From: the human T2T-CHM13v2.0 reference genome, Homo sapiens
DNA: 64,000 bases
Reading direction: 5' to 3' (one strand)
Assembly: GCF_009914755.1 (NCBI RefSeq)
Contig: NC_060946.1
In this document: piece by piece, positions 1 to 20,712 of the stretch
Layout: each line of letters starts with the position of its first letter
Numbering within the stretch: the first letter of the stretch is position 1
Position numbers and translations under genes: made by a program
The notes under the pieces: generated by a model
What the model was told of the DNA's origin: nothing
The model's database searches: none
The model's input: only the letters and a program-made list of their open reading frames with translations

Positions 1-312
1 GGAGAGACACCTGGGCGCATTCGCCTAACAGAACTACAGAGCAAGCAAGAGCATTGAGGGGCATGTCGAGCACGCTGGTGGGTGGGGGACAGTGTGGGGA
101 AGGAGGGCAAAGGAGGGGGTTAGCCCAGAGGAGAACCTGGGGAGGCAGGTCCTGGAGCTGGGGGTGCAGCCTCAGAGCTGTTGAGCAGCTGGGAAGTCTG
201 CTAACTTTGTGAGCCCAACCTGGAGAGGTCTGATGGGAATGGTTACTGGGGAGGGCCCCCACCATCCTGAGCTCTGGGAATCTTGTGTGTTCATGCTGCA
301 GATGGACTTCCA

Positions 313-430
313 GGACTTGGGTCTAGTGTTGCTGAGGGTGGATCTGCAGAGGTGAGAGAAATGACCCCTTTGGACTTGGGTCTAGTGTTGCTGAAGGTGG
401 ATTTGCAAGGGTGAGAGACGTGACCCCTTT
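313..430. repeat. 59-bp tandem duplication (2 copies)
   Basis: ggacttgggtctagtgttgctga...tgaccccttt at 313 and 372. Confidence 0.9.
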
Positions 431-460
431 GCCCTCGTTTGCAGCTCTGCGGCCGTCACG

Positions 461-687
461 ATGTTCTGGAAGTTTGACTTGAACACCACGTCCCATGTTG
501 ACAAGCTGCTGGACAAGGAGCATGTGACGCTGCAGGAGTTAATGGATGAAGATGACATCTTGCAGGAGTGTAAGGCTCAGAACCAGAAGCTGCTGGACTT
601 CCTGTGCAGGCAGCAGTGCATGGAGGAGCTGGTGAGCCTCATCACACAGGATCCGCCCCTGGACATGGAGGAGAAGGTCCGCTTCAA
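461..687 (+). CDS. PPP6R2: PPP6R2 coding exon 1 (exon starts 445; MFWKFDL...EKVRFK)
   Basis: Acceptor tttgcag ending 444, ATG 461, donor AA|gtatgt at 688, phase 2. Confidence 0.97.
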
Positions 688-867
688 GTATGTACCAAAG
701 CTGTGACGGGCCAGTACGCCAGGCAGTGCTGCAGGCAGGCCGCAGGCAGTGTCTGAGGATGGCCATAGTTGGGGATTTCTGATGAAGAAGCGAGCCGTAA
801 AAATCCACCCCATGTGAGAAGTGAGGAGGGCACTCCCATGGGGTCTGAGGTTGAAGAGTTTGGAGAT

Positions 868-1515
<648 letters not shown>

Positions 1516-2037
1516 TCATTCTAAGTAAAGTTAATTTTAGGTTGGTACACGTCAGAGTGTTTTGAGTGGCAATATGTTGGGAAAAAAAGACTGATCCCAT
1601 GCTAGAGATGCAGGTGTTATTGCAGCATAAGGCTGTACTGTCAGCAGGGTTGGCTCCAGGCCACAAAATGGCTAGGCAGGAGAGATATGCAGTATCTGAC
1701 CTACAGTCCTGGGACATGCTTCATTTTAGGGTCTTCAGCTCGAAGGAAATAGATCATTGTCATTCGTGGTACCGTCCGTTCTCAGAGTTTTTCCTGAAAC
1801 GCCCATTCAGCCCTGGCCAGGATGCTAGGAGATGACACAGAGGGAGGGGGCAGTGTGGCGAGATGGCTGGAGCCTCAGGGCCTTGAGTCAGGACAGAAGG
1901 GTGAGCAAGGATGGGGCTGGGGCGAGAGGGAGAACAGGGCGGAGCTGGCCTCCAGCTCCTCATGGTGCAGATCTGCGAGGCACACATGACCCGCAGTGTC
2001 CCCAGGTGACGCCTCATTAGGAAGTGGGAGATACATA

Positions 2038-3245
<1,208 letters not shown>

Positions 3246-3684
3246 TTGTCTTAGAAGGAAGATAAAGCAGGATAGTGAGCCAGGGTGTCCCTGTGGCAGG
3301 GGGTGGTCAGTACTTCATTTAGGGTGGTCAGGCGTCCTCTTAGGTAAGGGGAGCAGTGCTGGGTTGGGGAGGAGAGTTCTAGCCTGAGCAGGGCCTTGCT
3401 GTAAGGAACTGAGGGTTAGGGTGGGGCAGCTGCAGCCAGAAGCTGCTGTGGCTTCTGGTCACACCTGCTGTGTCAGCATCACTGTTGACAGTCCCCATCC
3501 CTCCCACTTTCAAATGTGGCCCAGTCTGGTGACAAATTAGAGTTGAGAGACAGGTATGGGGCAAGGAGAGTGGGGAGGGGTCTTCTGGATCAGGACAGGA
3601 ATCCCAGAGTAGCATCAGTGAGCCGGGAGAGTCTCATAGAGTTTGGGAGAAATCAGTAGTAGATAAGTACAGAACCAAGCAAAC

Positions 3685-3899
3685 AGAGCAAGAGGACTAT
3701 GAACCTGGGGGGAGACTTCCGTAAGTAAGCAAAGATGCCCTGAGTAAACAACCCAGGTCAGGATATCCATTTAAATTACCCTGTGACTTCGGAGGGAGAG
3801 CAAGAGGACTAGGGGAAGACTTCCCTAAGTAAGCAGAGATGCCCTGAGTAAACAATCCAGGTCAGGATATCCATCTAAATTACCCTGTGACTCGGAGGG
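3685..3899. repeat. ~105-110 bp tandem duplication inside an old repeat fragment
   Basis: agagcaagaggacta...taagtaagca.agatgccctgagtaaacaa.ccaggtcaggatatccat.taaattaccctgtgact at 3685 and 3797. Confidence 0.88.
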
Positions 3900-4066
3900 A
3901 GGGAAAGGGAGAGGGAAGTCGGGTGGTGGGAAAGCTTTGCCTTCCATTGTAGGAAGTTAATTCATAATGTCTAAAATTGGTGAACAAAGAAGAAATGTAT
4001 GTGTGTATTATTTAGAAACATGGAGGTTAACGTTGGAGAAAACTGCTGAAAGAGTCCAGTGATTGC

Positions 4067-5197
4067 CTCTGAGGAGCATGACTTGGGATGCTGGGGGGCA
4101 GGGGGCCTGTCCTCACCAGCCCTGTCATCTCTGAGTTTTTCTCTGAGGAGTGTGACTTGGGATGGGGGCAGGGGGGCCTGTCCTCACCAGCCTTGTCATC
4201 TCTGAGCTTTTCTCTGAGGAGTGTGACTTGGGATGGGGGCAGGGGGGCCTGTCCTCACCAGCCTTGTCATCTCTGAGCTTTTCTCTGAGGAGCATGACTT
4301 GGGATGCTGGGGGGCAGGGGGCCTGTCCTCACCAGCCCTGTCATCTCTGAGTTTTTCTCTGAGGAGTGTGACTTGGGATGGGGGCGGGGGGGCCTGTCCT
4401 CACCAGCCTTGTCATCTCTGAGCTTTTCTCTGAGGAGTGTGACTTGGGATGGGGGCAGGGGGCCTGTCCTCACCAGCCTTGTCATCTCTGAGCTTTTCTC
4501 TGAGGAGTGTGACTTGGGATGGGGGCGGGGGGGCCTGTCCTCACCAGCCTTGTCATCTCTGAGCTTTTCTCTGAGGAGTGTGACTTGGGATGGGGGCAGG
4601 GGGGCCTGTCCTCACCAGCCTTGTCATCTCTGAGCTTTTCTCTGAGGAGTGTGACTTGGGATGGGGGCAGGGGGCCTGTCCTCACCAGCCTTGTCATCTC
4701 TGAGCTTTTCTCTGAGGAGTGTGACTTGGGATGGGGGCAGGGGGCCTGTCCTCACCAGCCTTGTCATCTCTGAGCTTTTCTCTGAGGAGTGTGACTTGGG
4801 ATGGGGGCAGGGGGCCTGTCCTCACCAGCCTTGTCATCTCTGAGCTTTTCTCTGAGGAGTGTGACTTGGGATGGGGGCGGGGGGGCCTGTCCTCACCAGC
4901 CCTGTCATCTCTGAGTTTTTCTCTGAGGAGTGTGACTTGGGATGGGGGCGGGGGGGCCTGTCCTCACCAGCCTTGTCATCTCTGAGCTTTTCTCTGAGGA
5001 GTGTGACTTGGGATGGGGGCAGGGGGCCTGTCCTCACCAGCCTTGTCATCTCTGAGCTTTTCTCTGAGGAGTGTGACTTGGGATGGGGGCGGGGGGGCCT
5101 GTCCTCACCAGCCTTGTCATCTCTGAGCTTTTCTCTGAGGAGTGTGACTTGGGATGGGGGCAGGGGGGCCTGTCCTCACCAGCCCTGTCATCTGAGG
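4067..5197. repeat. Minisatellite, 70-74 bp unit x16
   Basis: ctctgaggagtgtgacttgggatgggggcaggggggcctgtcctcaccagccttgtcatctctgagctttt; units differ mainly in G-run length. Confidence 0.97.
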
Positions 5198-5240
5198 TTT
5201 TAAAGCACGTGCACATATCACTTGTATAAAAAACATGAAA

Positions 5241-5990
<750 letters not shown>

Positions 5991-6008
5991 AGAAGACACT
6001 TTTTTTGA

Positions 6009-6107
6009 GGCTAGTCAAAGTGCAGCAGTGTTTACACCTAATTGGTCACAAGCAGTTAAGATTTCTTTCTTCCTTCTTCAGTCTGTCTGCGTCACATGAC
6101 TAGCCTT
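6009..6107 (+). pseudogene. Y3 RNA (RNY3-like) processed pseudogene
   Basis: ggctagtcaaagtgcagcagtgtttacacctaattggtcacaagcagtt...gactagcctt resembles hY3 over its full length; A-rich tail; flanking direct repeat acactttttttgag (5996-6009 and 6129-6142). Confidence 0.9.
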
Positions 6108-6153
6108 GTAAATAAAGTGAAACAAAAAACACTTTTTTTGAGAAATAGAATAG

Positions 6154-6403
6154 GGGCCGGGCGTGGTGGCTCACGCCTGTAATCCTAGCACTTTGGGAGG
6201 CTGAGGCGGGCGGATCATGAGGTCAGAAGATGGAGACCATCCTGACTAACACGGTGAAACCCCGTCTGTACTAAAAATACAAAGAATTAGCCAGGCGTGG
6301 TGGCCGGTGCCTGTAGTCCCAGCTACTTGGGAAGCTGAGAGAGTAAGTGCACTCCAGCCTGCATGACACAGCAAGACTGTCATCTCTTTAAAAAATAAAA
6401 AAA
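6154..6403 (+). mobile_element. Alu with internal right-arm deletion
   Basis: Alu consensus. Confidence 0.88.
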
Positions 6404-6432
6404 GATGGAGAAGATATAAATATATATGTAGA

Positions 6433-6606
6433 CCAGGAGTTGGCAGACTGTATCTATGAAAAGTCAGAGAGTAAATACTTTAGGCTTTGCAGGTTGTAAG
6501 GTCTCTGTTGCAACGGCTCAACTCTGAAGTTGTAGCATGAAAGCAGCTACAGAAAATAGTAAACAAATGGATGGGGCTACATTCCAAGAAGGCTTCATTT
6601 ATACAG
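6433..6606. mobile_element. MER58A-like DNA transposon fragment
   Basis: caggagttggcagac...agtaaatactttaggctttgcagg...gtctctgttgcaac..ctcaactctg. Confidence 0.75.
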
Positions 6607-8254
6607 AGCAGCACCTGTGCTTCGCGACTCTGCTATCCTTGCCTAGTGGCACTGCCAGGTTAAACACCGCCTCCCGCAACCTGTTAGCCTTGGAGGTCAG
6701 GGTTCTCCTGCAGACCTGGCAGAACACCTCCATGACCACAGGCTCAATTATGGGAGGACTCTTCTTGAAAGTGGAGAATTTGCCTGAGCTGTCTGTGCTC
6801 AAGAGAAGCTGCACTTGGTTTGGGTGGATTGGGATCAGGTAGCAGCCACTGACCCTGCTTAATTAAAGCCAGGGGCTGCTCCAGGGAGGTGAGGCCCACA
6901 CGCTGCCTCTTCCTAAGGCCTCACATGCAGCTAGCCCTGCTTCTGCGGAGCAGCCCTTGGCTGAAAAGCCACTGTGACTGTAAGATGGCTGGTCACCTTC
7001 TGGAGTCAGAGCACTGCCTGCCCAGGCCACAGCAGAGGGCGCCACCCCAGGGCTGGAGGCAGCAGCAGTCACATGGTCAGCCCTAGAGCCTGGGGATGCT
7101 CCTGGTCTTTTCGTGAGCTCTTGTCTAGTTTGCTTGCCAAGATCTGGATTATTTGAGAAATAAGACAGAAGAGTCAGTAAGAGACACCAAGCTGTCGCTT
7201 TCATTACTCATAAAGCAGTGTCATTTATAACTCTGAGCTGTGGGCTTCCTCATTCCTGATTGCAGAATTAGAACTGCTCACCCAGTGGGAAGCAGCAGTG
7301 GGTCACAGCGGGCCCCCAGGAAGCACCCCCTGCCGCAGAGAGACTTGCTGCACTCAGGGCAGAACTGAAAGAAAGACAGCGTCTCCACCAAGGGAAACAC
7401 TGGGAGGAAGGGAACTTTGCCATAACAGTTCCTGGGCCACTGACCATCCACTCCACATCCATTGTCCATCTCCTGTCATGGCTTCTTCCTCTTCTTCGGT
7501 TGACTTCCTGTGGTAAATTACACTCTGTTAAAACAGCTTCCTGAGATGGAGTTCGTGGGTGGTGATGTTTAGGGCATCGGGCCTGCGTGTTTGAGACCCT
7601 CTGATTAGAAGTTCAGACTGGGCATTACCCCCTGGGCTTTGGGAGCCTCCGTGTTGTCCTCTAGTCTCACAAGTCTGATGTAGCAAGCTCCTGGCTCACG
7701 TGTGTCACCTGTTTTCTCTCCTCTCTGAGGGCATTTAGGTTCTTTTCTAAGCCCTATTGTTTCTCAATTTCCCAGTAATGTGGAATTATTCCATGGGTCA
7801 GGACAGGGGATCCCCAAAGAGCATCATTGAGCCAAGAGAGTTTCATAGTCAGAGCTTGGGCGAATTTAGTAATAGGTAAGTACAAAATCAAGCAAACAGA
7901 AAAATATTGACTCTAAGGGAAAAGTTGTATAAGTAAGCAAAGATATCCCGAGTAGACAAATGAGGTCAACAGTGGATATCCATTTCTTTCATTTGTTGTT
8001 CTGGGCTCCCTGAACCCTTTTAGTCTGTACATTTGTGACATTAGCTGAGGGAAATTTCTCATATTGTTTCTTTGATATTTTCCCTCTTTTCTCTTTCTGG
8101 GACTTCTAATGAGGTGTTAGATTACTCAAATTAATGCTTTCCTTATTTTTGCTTTTAATGTTTTGTACTTTGCCTTTTTGGCCTACATCTGAGAGACTTC
8201 TTCATCTTTTAAGTTCTCATCCTTTTATTGACTTTTCAAAGTTCTACCATTATT

Positions 8255-9123
8255 TTTTGTTTGTTTTTTAGATGTGAGGTCTTGCTATGTTGCCCAGTCT
8301 GGACTCAAACTCCTGGGCTCAAGTGATCCTCCCATCTCAGCCTCCCAAGCAGTTGGAACCACAGGTGCCACCATGCTTAACATCTGTCATATTTTAAAAT
8401 TTTATTTTTTTTTTGAGATGGAGTCTGGCTCTGTCGCCCAGGCTGGAGTGAAGTGGCACGATCTCGGCTCACTGCAACCTTCACCTCCGGGTTCACGCCA
8501 TTCTCCTGCCTCAGCCTCCCGTGTAGCTGGAACTACAGACGCCCACCACCACGCCCGGCTAATTTTTTATATTTTTTAGTAGAGACGGGATTTCACCGTG
8601 TTAGCCAGGATGGTCTCGATCTCCTGACCTCGTGATCCGCCCGCCTCGGCCTCCCAAAGTGCTGGATTACAGGCGTGAGCCACCGCGCCAGGCCAATTTT
8701 TTTTTTTTTTTTCTGAGACAGAGTCTGTCTCGCTCTGTCGCCCAGGCTGGAGTACAGTGATGCGATCTTGGCTCACTGCAAGCTCTGCCTCCTGGGTTCA
8801 CACCATTCTCCCGCCTCAGCCTCCCTTTTTCTTTTTTCTTTTTTTTTTTGAGACGGAGTCTCACTCTGTCGCCCAGGCTGGAATGCAGTGGCACAATCTC
8901 GGCTCACTGTAAGCTTCGCCTCCTGGGTTCACGCCATTCTCCTGCCTCAGCCTCTTGAGTACAGGCGCCTGCCACCACGCCCGGCTAATTTTTTTGTATT
9001 TTTTAGTAGAGACAGGGTTTCACCGTGTTAGCCAGGATGGTCTTGATCTCCTGACCTAGTGATCCGCCCGCCTTGTTCTCCCAGAGTGCTGGGGTTACAG
9101 GCGTGAGCCACCACGCCTGGCCC
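8255..9123 (-). mobile_element. Cluster of four minus-strand Alus/Alu fragments in T-rich old L1-like sequence
   Basis: Alu consensus, poly-T leaders. Confidence 0.88.
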
Positions 9124-10052
9124 ATATTTTTAATTTCTAAGAGCAGTTTCTTATTCTCATATATTTTAATAAAAGCTTCAAGTTCTCATTCATGGATACA
9201 CAGTCTTAATGTGTCATCTCTGAGAACATTGTAGTTTAAAAGAGTTTCCTTCTGTTCTCTACACTTGCTCTCCTCCGTGTGCCTTGTTTTCTGCTTGGTC
9301 AGCACCACGCTTCTTTCATAAGTGGGGCCCTAGATCCTGCACAGAGTTTGGGATCTGCATGGGGCTTACTCACCACAGCTTAGAGGCCACTAGTTGACTT
9401 TTCTCTTTGTCCCATTATTTTTCCCAGAAAAGAATCCTTCTAGCTCTCCCCTGTGGGGAATGGACCTGTCAGTATCAGGAGCTGAGTTGGGAAGAGGGCT
9501 GGGGGCACCCCAGTTTCTTTTTTTTTTTTTTTTTTACCAAGTTCCCTATTTCTGGATGGTGTCTGGTCACCCTGTGGCTGTGCCTGGTGTCCCTGGCCCC
9601 AGGAGCCATAAGGAAGGGACATGTCCCACTGCCCTGGCCTGTAAGTTCTCAGCCCACCCTGCCCTTACTGGCCGCCAAATCAGTGTCCAGGCCTCTCTGG
9701 AGTTCTGTGGCCTGAATTCTCATCTCTAGTTGATGCCCCTTCTGTGGGCTCCTGAAACTCAGCCTTCCCTGTGCCAAGTCAGTCTTCACGTGGCCGGCTG
9801 CTTCAGTCCTCCAGGCTGGTTCGTCGTTTCTGCCTCTCCATTCTTGTCTTTTTAATTCTTTGTGTTATTTGAGATGGAGTTTGAGAGGGAATATGAACAA
9901 GCCTGTGTGCTCCATCTGCTGTGTTTGACTGGAATTTCTATACCTTGTATACATTTTTAAAACTACTAGAGCAGCACCTGTCATTTGAAGAATAACTGTA
10001 AAATGTTGATAAAGGAAAAAAGAAAATCTTAGTCCCTCCATCTAGAGAATCA

Positions 10053-10410
<358 letters not shown>

Positions 10411-11224
10411 CAGTTTGTTCCCTGTGGTATTGAGACACTTCTTCAAGGAATGATTTGGATGTTTCTCTGCTTCCTTACGTTTGATCTTCCTCCTCACCCC
10501 ATGGGATGTGACTTCCTCCCCCTGCCCAGCTCACCGGTCTTAGTGTTAGAGATCTGGTAGACCTGGGGCCTCACTGTGGCCTTTGAGGCTGCCAACCTGG
10601 CCCTCCTCTCCTGCTCTCTGGTCCTCCTGCCCTGAGGGACCATGTGTTGTCCACTTGCTGGCCAGCCCCTCTGACATCCCACAGGGTGGGTACTGCCTGC
10701 CCCAATTAACAGACAAGGACACTAAAGGCCAGAAAGTTCGGCTAGTGAGGTCGGCTAGTGAGGGGATGAGCTTGGGCCTGCCCCAGCCCCCTGCGCCAGC
10801 TCTCAGGCCCCCTCTCTGCCCACACATCCAGCTTGCAGTGCCCCTGTGCCCTGACCCTACTCCATCGGGCCCCAGCCAGGTCCTCTCTCCCAAACCCAAG
10901 CCTGCTGGGCCACTCTTTGACCCTCTACACTCCACCTGCCCTTCACAGGCGCTGTTCCTCAGAGCTCTAAAAGTGGCACTTTCTTGTCTGGGCTGATGAG
11001 GCACACCCACCCCCCAGCCAGCCGAGATCATTGCGTTTCTTCCCCTTCCACACTTGGTCGGCTGCCAGGCCTGGCCAGCTGTTTCCTATAGAGTCTCTCA
11101 AACCCTGGCCCCTCCAGCCGGTCGCGTGGACCACCTTGGCTTAGGTCCAGTGCTAGGGCTGCCTCTCTACCTGGCGGTGGCCACATGTTGGCAAGAGAAG
11201 GAAGGTCATAGCAGCTGACCTTGA

Positions 11225-11925
<701 letters not shown>

Positions 11926-12427
11926 CTTACCTGCACGTTCAGATGAGAAAACCCAGACACAGAGAGGACAGGTCACTTGCTGGTGTCAGGACAGGCCTGT
12001 TCTGAGACAGCCATTCCTACAGGACGCTCCCACTGGGTGGGCCCTGGGCTCCTCCCCAGCATTCCCAGAGGCAGGGTCATGCACCAGGCCTTGCTATGGG
12101 GGCTGCTGTTGAGGGCTGCGTCCTGGGCTGTGGGGTGTACCTCTCCTGGGGCGATGGCTGTCACCCACCTCTGTCTACCAGTTACAAAAGAGGGAGCAAA
12201 GTACCTTATTCACAGGTGTTGGTATTTCTTAGTCATAACGTTCTTGCGTAGTGCCTCATCCCTCACATGGTTCCTGAGCGGCTGATGGGTGTTTCTCCCG
12301 TCTAGGGATGGAGTGGTCTGTGTTTGTTGATGGAAGGGGCATGGCTTAGAAGGAAAGGAGAGGCTCAGTGGAGGGGAAGATGGAAATGGCCACAGATGTG
12401 GCCTCGCGGAAACAGTGTGGTTAGACT

Positions 12428-13588
12428 GGAGGTGAGAGGCCTGGAGGGAGGCAAGAGGCCTGGCAGGCGAGTGCGAAGGCCTGGAGGGAGGTGAGAGGCC
12501 TGGAGAGAGGTGAGAGGCCTGGCAGGCGAGTGTGAAGGCCTGGAGAGAGGTGAGAGGCCTGGAGAGAGGCGAGAGGCCTGGCAGACGAGTGTGAAGGCCT
12601 GGAGAGAGGTGAGAGGCCTGGCAGGCAAGTGTGAAGGCCTGGAGAGAGGTGAGAGGCCTGGAGAGAGGCGAGAGGCCTGGCAGACGAGTGTGAAGGCCTG
12701 GAGAGAGGTGAGAGGCCTGGAGAGAGGTAAGAGGCCTGGAGAGAGGTGAGAGGCCTGGCAGGCGAGTGTGAAGGCCTGGAGAGAGGTGAGAGGCCTGGAG
12801 AGAAGTGAGAGGCCTGGCAGGCGAGTGTGAAGGCCTGGAGAGAGGTGAGAGGCCTGGAGAGAAGTGAGAGGCCTGGCAGGCGAGTGTGAAGGCCTGGAGA
12901 GAGGTGAGAGGCCTGGAGAGAGGTAAGAGGCCTGGCAGGTGAGTGTGAAGGCCTGGAGAGAGGTGAGAGGCCTGGAGAGAGGTGAGAGGCCTGGAGAGAG
13001 GCGAGAGGCCTGGCAGGTGAGTGTGAAGGCCTGGAGGGAGGTGAGAGGCCTGGAGAGAGGTGAGAGGCCTGGAGAGAGGTGAGAGGCCTGGCAGGCGAGT
13101 GTGAAGGCCTGGAGAGAGGTGAGAGGCCTGGAGAGAGGTGAGAGGCCTGGAGAGAGGCGAGAGGCCTGGAGAGAAGTGAGAGACCTGCAGAGAGGTGAGA
13201 GGCCTGGAGAGAGGTGAGAGACCTGGCAGGCGAGTGTGAAGGCCTGGAGAGAGGTGAGAGGCCTGGCAGGCGAGTGTGAAGGCCTGGAGGGAGGTGAGAG
13301 ACCTGGCAGGCGAGTGTGAAGGCCTGGAGAGAGGCGAGAGGCCTGGAGAGAGGCGAGAGGCCTGGAGAGAGGTGAGAGGCCTGGAGAGAGGTGAGAGACC
13401 TGGAGAGAGGCGAGAGGCCTGGAGAGAGGTGAGAGACCTGGCAGGCGAGTGTGAAGGCCTAGAGGGAGGTGAGAGGCCTGGAGAGAGGTGAGAGGCCTGG
13501 AGAGAGGTGAGAGGCCTGGCAGGCGAGTGTGAAGGCCTAGAGGGAGGTGAGAGACCTGGCAGGCGAGTGTGAAGGCCTGGAGAGAGGA
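12428..13588. repeat. Purine-rich compound minisatellite of 19-bp and 21-bp units (~58 units)
   Basis: ggcctggagagaggtgaga interspersed with ggcctggcaggcgagtgtgaa. Confidence 0.97.
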
Positions 13589-13877
13589 AAAGCCGGAAGA
13601 CTGAGAAAGGTTATTTAAAGAATGGGAGTAGGGTCAGAAAATGTCAGATATCAGCGTATAGGGCATGAGGAGCATAGAAGGTATGTTAAAAAACTGAACT
13701 TCTAGTAGTCAGAAATACCAGCTGGTCACAGGTAGTCACGTTTTTGTTCTGTTCTGAGGTCTGTAGTGTTTGTTTGATCACGTGGGTCTGCTTCCTAAGA
13801 AGCAGACTATGTAAGCAGCTTCCTAAGAGTTGGAGAAGTCTAATTTCACCTCCAGTGCTTGGACTGTGCCCTTTTAG

Positions 13878-14064
13878 ATATCCAAACACAGCCTGTGAGC
13901 TTCTGACTTGTGATGTGCCGCAGATCAGCGACCGCCTCGGTGGGGACGAGAGCCTGCTGAGCCTCCTGTACGACTTCTTGGACCATGAGCCGCCTCTCAA
14001 TCCTCTGCTCGCCAGTTTTTTCAGCAAGACCATTGGCAATCTCATTGCAAGAAAAACCGAACAG
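13878..14064 (+). CDS. PPP6R2: PPP6R2 coding exon 2 (YPNTACELL...ARKTEQ)
   Basis: cttttag| and CAG|gtaaat; 187 nt restores phase 0. Confidence 0.96.
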
Positions 14065-14105
14065 GTAAATCACGTGCAAAGCCTCCGTGACTTGGGGCAC
14101 CGTCA

Positions 14106-14700
<595 letters not shown>

Positions 14701-15079
14701 TCAGGTCTGCAGCTTCATCTGTCTGGGTGGCGTGTCTGTCTGTCCAGAGCATTTATTCTTTCAAAACAAAGGTCACTTCTAGCATTAGACTTCTGCAAAA
14801 GCAGTTAGTGAATTCATCTCAGCCAGCTGTAACGGGGTCTTCCTGGAGTCCATCCTTGCTCCTGCCTTACATGTGACCTGACCTGGGCTTCTGCCCCTCC
14901 AGGCTGTGGACACACAGGTAGAGAGGCGTGGTGGTCCCTGTGCCTGCACCCTGCAGTCCGCCTTGGCCAGTCTTCTTTCCTGTGTCATGCCCCACCCGCC
15001 CATCCCTGATGGGAGTATTTTAAAACAAATCCCAGACACCAGATTATTTCTCATGTAAATATTTCAGTATGTATGTACA

Positions 15080-15375
15080 TTTATTTATTTTTGAGACAGG
15101 GTCTCACTACGCCCAGGCTAGAGTCCACTGGCTCCAACACAGCCCACTGCAGTCTCAACCTCCTCAAGCTCAGGTGATCCTCCCACCTCGGCCTCCTGAG
15201 TAGCTGGGACTACAGGCACATAACACCACACCTGGCTAGTTTTTAAAATATTTTTTGTAGAGATGGGGTTTCCCCATGTTACCCAGGCTGGTTTCGAACT
15301 CTTGGGCTCAAGTGATCTGCCTGCCCAGGCCTCCCAAAGTCCTGGGACTACAGGTGTGAGCCACGATGCCCAGCT
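15080..15375 (-). mobile_element. Alu (older, J-like)
   Basis: Diverged Alu consensus. Confidence 0.88.
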
Positions 15376-16021
15376 ATGTATCTCTAAAATAAAGACTTTT
15401 TTCTTTTAAATATAATCAGAATTTCATGATCACACTCCAAAAATATTAACCGTAATTGTTTCATACCATCAAACATTCAGTCAGGGCACAAACCAGTATC
15501 TTACATCTGCTTTGAGCTCTGAGAAAGCGCAGCTCCACGAAGGCCGCGGTTCCCCTTGACGACATTCAGCATGCATGTGAGTGTTCAGTGGAATGCCGTC
15601 TTCCCTTGCGCTGTAAATCTGAGAGTTGCAAGGGCCGCCAGGGGACTGCCTCACCTCAGCTCCTTCTGAAGCTGAGTGTGAGTGAAGGTCGCCAGCAGCA
15701 GTGGGTCGTGCTGGGTGTGAGGCTGCTGGCAGAATGGGAGTGGGAGTGGAGGCAGCGGGGAGCTGTGGTGTGGGCCGGGGGATTGTCGTGGCTGTGAGGT
15801 GGTAGTAGATGTTGTAAAAACCTTTACTACCTGGCCCTTGCAGCCCAGTGACTAGATGCATGTATCTCATAATTTGCCATAACCTGATCTTATTCCCCTG
15901 CCACTTTCGGATATTTTCTTTATAATTTTACTGCTTCATATAATATTTTTCTTCCATTCTCTCACCCAGTACTTAAGGCATTAAAGTAATATGAACTGAA
16001 CTGTTAAACATTTCTTCTGTT

Positions 16022-20712
<4,691 letters not shown>

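Noticed and set aside
4088-5203. Staggered repetitive ORFs; tandem arrays superficially like CRISPR
   Set aside because: Minisatellite units with no unique spacers, in human DNA; ORFs are repeat artefacts
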